In this document: positions 59,220 through 64,000 of the stretch, piece after piece
Position numbering within the stretch: the first letter of the stretch is position 1
Layout: each line of letters opens with the position of its first letter
Assembly: GCA_031414535.1 (NCBI GenBank)
Contig: JANNVQ010000030.1
Coordinates: forward strand, 128,001 to 192,000
Direction: 5' to 3'
DNA from: Gemmatimonas sp.
GTDB lineage: Bacteria > Gemmatimonadota > Gemmatimonadetes > Gemmatimonadales > Gemmatimonadaceae
Length of the DNA stretch: 64,000 nucleotides
Notes under the pieces: generated by a model
Told to the model about the DNA's origin: nothing
Seen by the model: only the letters and a program-made list of their open reading frames with translations
Database searches by the model: none
Made by a program: the position numbers and the translations under genes

Positions 59220-62200
59220 ATGGCGCGCAAACAGGTGAAGCCGGATCGAGTCCGTGTGCGAGTGCTCGGGGCCACCGAGCTCCAGATTGGCTCGCGCCGC
59301 GTGGGAATGAATACGGAGGCGCTATTTGCGCTTGCGCTGTACCTGACGACGCGCGCCGGGGAGCGAATCGCGCGGGAGCAGGTGTTGGAGATTTTCTGGA
59401 CCGACGGTGCGGAGGAGAGCCGCCGCCATGCGATGCGGCAGATGATGTATCGACTGCGGCAGAAGGGTTTGGAGCTTGATGAGGATGGCGAGTTTCTCCG
59501 GTTGGACCCGGCTCATATTGAGAGCGATTTGCGGGATTGCCTGCAGGCGGATTGGCCGGAGCGAGCGGGTGCTGCTGCGGTGGAGGCAGCCCTAGCTTTG
59601 GGTCCCACGTTTAGCGCTCGCCTTGCAGCACCGTTTTTGGATTGGTTTGATGGGGTGCGGGCGGAGGTGGCGGCGCAGCATCGGAAGGCGGCTGCCAAGC
59701 AGATCACGCTTGCCCGGCGCGAGGGGCGCTGGTCGGAGTTGGAGCGCTGGGCGCGTTCCGTCCTGCAATCAGACCCGCTGAATGAGGAGGCGACGTTAGC
59801 GCGGGCTGAGAGCGCAGCGATGTCGGGGTCGAAGGTCGCGGCGTTGGAGATACTGGATACTTATTTGGCGGAGATTGGGCAGGTGGCGCCGGAGTTGGGG
59901 AAGCCGGCGGTGGTGCTGCGGAAGCGGATTGCGGAGAAGAGGGCGGATTGGACTCAACGAGGGCCACGCGAAGTCCGGTTGATTGGGCGGTCCGACCTTA
60001 TGCGGAAGCTGAATGCGTTCGCGGACTCCGTAACGGCCGGAGACTCTAAACACTTAGTCCTCGAGGGTCCACCCGGTAGCGGAAAGTCGCGGTTGCTCGC
60101 AGAGGCCGGTGAATATTCCCAGCTCAGAGGACTAAGAGTGCTGGGTGTTCGAGCAGAGAAAGTCATGGAGGAACATCCTCTGGCGTTTTGCAGAGAAATA
60201 GCAGCGCAGCTTGTCAGAGTACCGGGAGCTGCTGGAGTTTCCCCAGCGACAATGAAGGTGGCATCTAGCCTGGCCGAAGAAGCGGCACAATTTCGGACGG
60301 ATGCAATACGCCCGACACCACAACTATCGGTATCGAGTATTGCGGGAGCATTATCCGGCCTGCTATCTGCTATTGGGTCAGAGCAGCGTTTCGTGCTGGT
60401 TTTGGACGATCTTCAATGGGCAGACGACTTATCTCTGAAGATCCTAGGCGAACTCATTCGCGCTGCCAGCCACAGCCGCGTCGGGATAGTAGCGGGCACC
60501 AGACCCCATTCAAGCGGATTGCAGCTCAACTCCGTAGCGGCGGCGTTCGACCAACTGCATCGAGTCAATCCACTCGTAGACGAGTACGCAACAGATCTTG
60601 CGAACGAGACTGCGAAGTCGCACGGCCGAGTGCTAGACGCCGCCGCGCTGGCGGCAATACTGCGCACTGCAGGAGGTAACCCTCTCTTTGTGAGAGAACT
60701 AACAATTGCTCGAAGCGCATGGCCCCATCGCACATCGCTACCAGATTCGCTATCTCAGATTGTAGAGGATCGGATTCGAACTCTCGACGCTCGGGAGCAG
60801 CGGTTGCTGAGGATTACCGCGCTACTCGGAGACGTCGCAGCGCTTTCGAGAGTACGCGCGACAGCAGCACTCTCACACTCAGAGCTACAGCACTCGCTCG
60901 AGAGACTTGAGGCAGAGTCGATGATTCGCATGTCTGGCGAGCGCACGTTAAGCGTCCACGACTGCTGGTCTGAGGTGTTGCTCCAGCAGACCCCAGCCAC
61001 GTCTCTCGCCGCCTTGGCCCTCGAGTGCGCCGAACGGCTCATTATTGACTCCGCCGCACGATCACACGCCGTCCAGCGAAGAACCGGCCACCTACTCCGA
61101 CTCGCCGGCGAGAACGATCGAGCTCTCGAATACTTCTTGGCAAGCACCGATTCTCTCCATGCAATCGGCTTGCCTCGTGAGGCGAGGGATTCGATGGCCT
61201 CGTACTCTGAGCTAGCCAACCATCCGACGGCCCAGGCACGCCTGAAGTATCGATCCGCTCGAAGTCTGTCTACCCTTGGAAATCCAGAGTCGGCGATTGC
61301 AATCGTGGAAGAGCTTCGGAGACATGGTTGGCTTCGCCAGAATGCGCTCTGGCAGGAGCACCTCGACTCCATTCTCATTCTCGCGGAAGCGTACATCAGA
61401 ACCGAGAATGCGGATCATGCCCCAACAGACGAAGCACTCACACTCGCTTTTCACCCCAACTTGGGCGCAGACGACCAACAGAAGGCATGCCTACTAGGAG
61501 TACGAATCGCGAGCAATCGAGCCGACGCGCGGCTGATGAGGGACTTCGCTGAGCGCTCCAAGGAACTCGACGGGACTGGAGCTAGGAGCTATGCCAGCTG
61601 GATGACGGCCCTCGTTCACGCAACTGAGTGCGGATCTGCAGCAGACATTCTCGATATTATTGACAGCGCCTCCGTAATCGACCGGAGCGACCTCACCGTG
61701 CATCAGACCTACCTAATGCACCGATTCGCTTGCCAAGCCCTCAGAGTCGCGAGGAAGTTTCACAGGTCCTTGGAACACGGCACCGCAGCGCATGACCTAG
61801 CAATCGAACACGGGCTATACCATCAGGCACGAGTCGGGGCGGAGCTGTTGGCCCACGTGTGCCTAGACTATGAAGAGATCACCGCTGCTCGCGAATGGAT
61901 TTCCCGAAGCGAGCACTTGTCGACTGAGGCCGCGGTGGCAGCCACAACAAGATCTCACGACCACGTCAAGGATCGCCTAAGTGTACAGGAGGGGAAATTC
62001 GACGAGGTGTGTGGGCGAATTCTCGCACGGCTACCCTCGTCGAGAGTCGCAGGAACTCCTACGGCACGGCTAGGCGAGCTGTCACTGGCGGCGCTGTGCC
62101 TCTCACAACTTGGACGTCACGAAGAGGCGGAACTCGTGATTGCTGAAACGCTCGAGGCCGTCAGTCCAATCCTTGGTCAATATTCCAGTAACTTCGCAGT

Positions 62201-62366
62201 TGAACTCACCGCGCGTTCGCTTCGACTTATTGGCAATGGCAAGCGAGCTGATCAGCTCTTGCGGGACCACATGCATTCGAGGATTGCGAAGAATCCCCCG
62301 ACGCCGCCCCCGTTCTTCATGCAGCTCATGTCGGTGGAAAACAGCCTATCGCTGAGCGGCAACTAG
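59220..62366 (+). CDS. wHTH-BTAD (SARP-like) + STAND/AAA ATPase + helical-repeat regulator
   Basis: REQVLEIFW, DPLNEEA (BTAD); GPPGSGKS, LVLDDLQWAD, GGNPLFVRE. Confidence 0.85.
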   Translation: MARKQVKPDRVRVRVLGATELQIGSRRVGMNTEALFALALYLTTRAGERIAREQVLEIFWTDGAEESRRHAMRQMMYRLRQKGLELDEDGEFLRLDPAHIESDLRDCLQADWPERAGAAAVEAALALGPTFSARLAAPFLDWFDGVRAEVAAQHRKAAAKQITLARREGRWSELERWARSVLQSDPLNEEATLARAESAAMSGSKVAALEILDTYLAEIGQVAPELGKPAVVLRKRIAEKRADWTQRGPREVRLIGRSDLMRKLNAFADSVTAGDSKHLVLEGPPGSGKSRLLAEAGEYSQLRGLRVLGVRAEKVMEEHPLAFCREIAAQLVRVPGAAGVSPATMKVASSLAEEAAQFRTDAIRPTPQLSVSSIAGALSGLLSAIGSEQRFVLVLDDLQWADDLSLKILGELIRAASHSRVGIVAGTRPHSSGLQLNSVAAAFDQLHRVNPLVDEYATDLANETAKSHGRVLDAAALAAILRTAGGNPLFVRELTIARSAWPHRTSLPDSLSQIVEDRIRTLDAREQRLLRITALLGDVAALSRVRATAALSHSELQHSLERLEAESMIRMSGERTLSVHDCWSEVLLQQTPATSLAALALECAERLIIDSAARSHAVQRRTGHLLRLAGENDRALEYFLASTDSLHAIGLPREARDSMASYSELANHPTAQARLKYRSARSLSTLGNPESAIAIVEELRRHGWLRQNALWQEHLDSILILAEAYIRTENADHAPTDEALTLAFHPNLGADDQQKACLLGVRIASNRADARLMRDFAERSKELDGTGARSYASWMTALVHATECGSAADILDIIDSASVIDRSDLTVHQTYLMHRFACQALRVARKFHRSLEHGTAAHDLAIEHGLYHQARVGAELLAHVCLDYEEITAAREWISRSEHLSTEAAVAATTRSHDHVKDRLSVQEGKFDEVCGRILARLPSSRVAGTPTARLGELSLAALCLSQLGRHEEAELVIAETLEAVSPILGQYSSNFAVELTARSLRLIGNGKRADQLLRDHMHSRIAKNPPTPPPFFMQLMSVENSLSLSGN

Positions 62367-63689
62367 GTATTCACCCGTGTTGCCAATCGCGGGAAACGAT
62401 TCAGCAACATCACTGGCAGGAAACTCCCGCTGGGCGTCAGCGACTGCTCGCTCCAGAGCGCTCCACCCTGAAGCCGAAATCAACTTGGAACATACCTTTG
62501 GGTCGAACTGGCGCCCGCTCTCGCGCTCTAATTCGACTCGGACGTCGTCGAGTGAAAGCCCGGCGCGATAAGGGCGTGACGTCGTCATCGCGTCAATCGT
62601 ATCAGCAAGAGCGATAATTCGCGCCGACAGCGGTATGCTCTCACCGCTGAGCTGGTCTGGGTAGCCTGTTCCGTTCCAAGCCTCGTGATGAGCGCGGACC
62701 GAAGAGACCAAATCCGAAAAATTCGAGACCTTCGCGACTAGCTCAGCACTTCGGATTGGATGGAGCTTCATTCTTCCGAACTCCTCGTCCGAAAGACGAC
62801 CCGGCTTTCGCAGAATCGACGCGAACTCCTCGTGAATTTTGCCGACGTCGTGCAGTAACGCGGCAATCTCGACCCGCTCGACCTGACTTACCGTAAGTCC
62901 CGCCGTCCGCGCCACTTCCCGTGCATACCGCGCGACTCGCTGTGAGTGTCCGGACGTGTAGGGGTCACGCGCCTCGATCGATGCTACCATAAGCTGCAAG
63001 AGTTCTTCGTTGATTTTCTCTAACGCAAACACCATTCGGTACAACTGCCGGATGCCGAGCATCGGAAGCGCTGCCAGGGCGGTCCACATTGGCCCCTTCG
63101 ACACGTACATCAGCGCGAGAAGCACGATGAGGGGCAAGGAGAGTGCGTCGTACACGCCGGAACCCTTAATGCTCTTCGCCCAGTGCCTCAGCGTGTTGGC
63201 GTCAGAGGACGCCGCCACAACCGTGCTTACGGCGAGCTTATTGAGTGCAAAATAGGTCGCGCAGAGCCCGACGAAAGGAAGAATTTGAGAGACTTCGAGG
63301 GTCGCAGACTTTCCACCTAGTCCGAGGTACACAAACAATCCCACGGCGACAGCAAAAGTGTGCTGAGCCACATTGAACGCAATCTTTAGACGGGCTCTGC
63401 GGAGCATTAGTTCGCCCGCGAGTGTGCTCAAAGCGACTGAAATTAATGCGGCTCCGTTGGGGGCAACCAACGCGACGCTTAAGTAGGGCAAGAATACAAT
63501 CGAGCCTGTTGTGGCCTTGCCCACGGGATACGAGAGGACGGCGAACAACACGCCCATTCCAGTAAAGAACAGTGCCGATTGCCAGTCTGTATTGGTCGGC
63601 GATGGCGCAAGGGCAAACACGGCCGCCACGGATATTATGCATCCGGCGGCGACACCCTCTACGACGCGCTCGACTCGGCTCGCTGACAT
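62346..63689 (-). CDS. membrane-bound HD-GYP phosphodiesterase with multi-TM (MASE-like) sensor
   Basis: About 6-7 TM segments; EARDPYTSGHS.RV, LLHDVGK, HHEAWNGTGYP, ARIIALADTIDAMT..RPY. Confidence 0.9.
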   Translation of the reverse strand: MSASRVERVVEGVAAGCIISVAAVFALAPSPTNTDWQSALFFTGMGVLFAVLSYPVGKATTGSIVFLPYLSVALVAPNGAALISVALSTLAGELMLRRARLKIAFNVAQHTFAVAVGLFVYLGLGGKSATLEVSQILPFVGLCATYFALNKLAVSTVVAASSDANTLRHWAKSIKGSGVYDALSLPLIVLLALMYVSKGPMWTALAALPMLGIRQLYRMVFALEKINEELLQLMVASIEARDPYTSGHSQRVARYAREVARTAGLTVSQVERVEIAALLHDVGKIHEEFASILRKPGRLSDEEFGRMKLHPIRSAELVAKVSNFSDLVSSVRAHHEAWNGTGYPDQLSGESIPLSARIIALADTIDAMTTSRPYRAGLSLDDVRVELERESGRQFDPKVCSKLISASGWSALERAVADAQREFPASDVAESFPAIGNTGEYLVAAQR

Positions 63690-63739
63690 GTTGAGTTGTG
63701 CTCTTGGTAGAACCGGAGGACCCCTCGTCCCCAGCTGGA

Positions 63740-63811
63740 CTAGTTCCAGCTATGTGAATCGCCCATCACAAACGCCGCCATTGCAGCAATGATTGACGTG
63801 ATAATAGACAT
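63740..63811 (-). CDS. 23-aa hydrophobic peptide MSIITSIIAAMAAFVMGDSHSWN (not in ORF track)
   Basis: Strong Shine-Dalgarno AGGGAGGTGA 6 nt before the ATG; stop lies 50 nt upstream of the HD-GYP start on the same strand. Confidence 0.65.
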   Translation of the reverse strand: MSIITSIIAAMAAFVMGDSHSWN

Positions 63812-64000
63812 CGAGAATCACCTCCCTTTCGGTGAGATCACTGAATCCGAAGATCCAGCGCCCAGCCTAGGTCGGCTCCGCTCGTCGCACCCTTACGGTG
63901 CACCGCTTGTGTCCTCTCCGCTCAGAGAGAACGAGGGGTACCTCTTCGTGTCCTGTACGTACTGCACTTCCTAAAACAACTACACTTGCCCGTTCACCAA

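Noticed and set aside
63789..63974. 61-aa plus-strand ORF at the window end
   Set aside because: No RBS or motif, and it overlaps the better-supported minus-strand micro-ORF and its Shine-Dalgarno.

Overview
High-GC bacterial chromosome segment. The gene repertoire (6-bladed propeller proteins, PEGA-type kinase, BTAD-AAA protein, split atp operon) suggests Gemmatimonadota; this is an inference. Housekeeping and metabolic blocks include guaB (truncated at the window edge), gpmI, a molybdenum-cofactor/pterin operon (PTPS-fdhD-mobA-mobB-dacB-moeA), etfBA plus a FadF/EtfD-like Fe-S membrane oxidoreductase, glutaryl-CoA and isocitrate dehydrogenases, cstA...ybdD, a GH109/SSS/nucleotidyltransferase/GHMP-kinase amino-sugar cluster, the F0+delta half of the ATP synthase operon with a Rex-like operator, hemH-hemA coupled to a two-component system, and moxR. 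Accessory blocks are (i) a ~1,675-aa Ig-repeat lipoprotein/Ser-Thr kinase/TPR-like/beta-barrel cassette followed by an RHH + nucleotidyltransferase pair, and (ii) a more AT-rich terminal block. In the latter, an unannotated 23-aa hydrophobic Trp-tailed peptide with a very strong RBS sits directly upstream of a membrane HD-GYP protein that converges on a BTAD-STAND ATPase. This is the best candidate for an undescribed peptide-sensing signalling system. Also seen are two families of intergenic palindromic repeats, a multi-stem RNA candidate upstream of atpE, and two further small ORFs missed by the ORF track. No rRNA, tRNA, CRISPR array or transposase was recognised. All calls are from motif recognition by eye, with no database searches.
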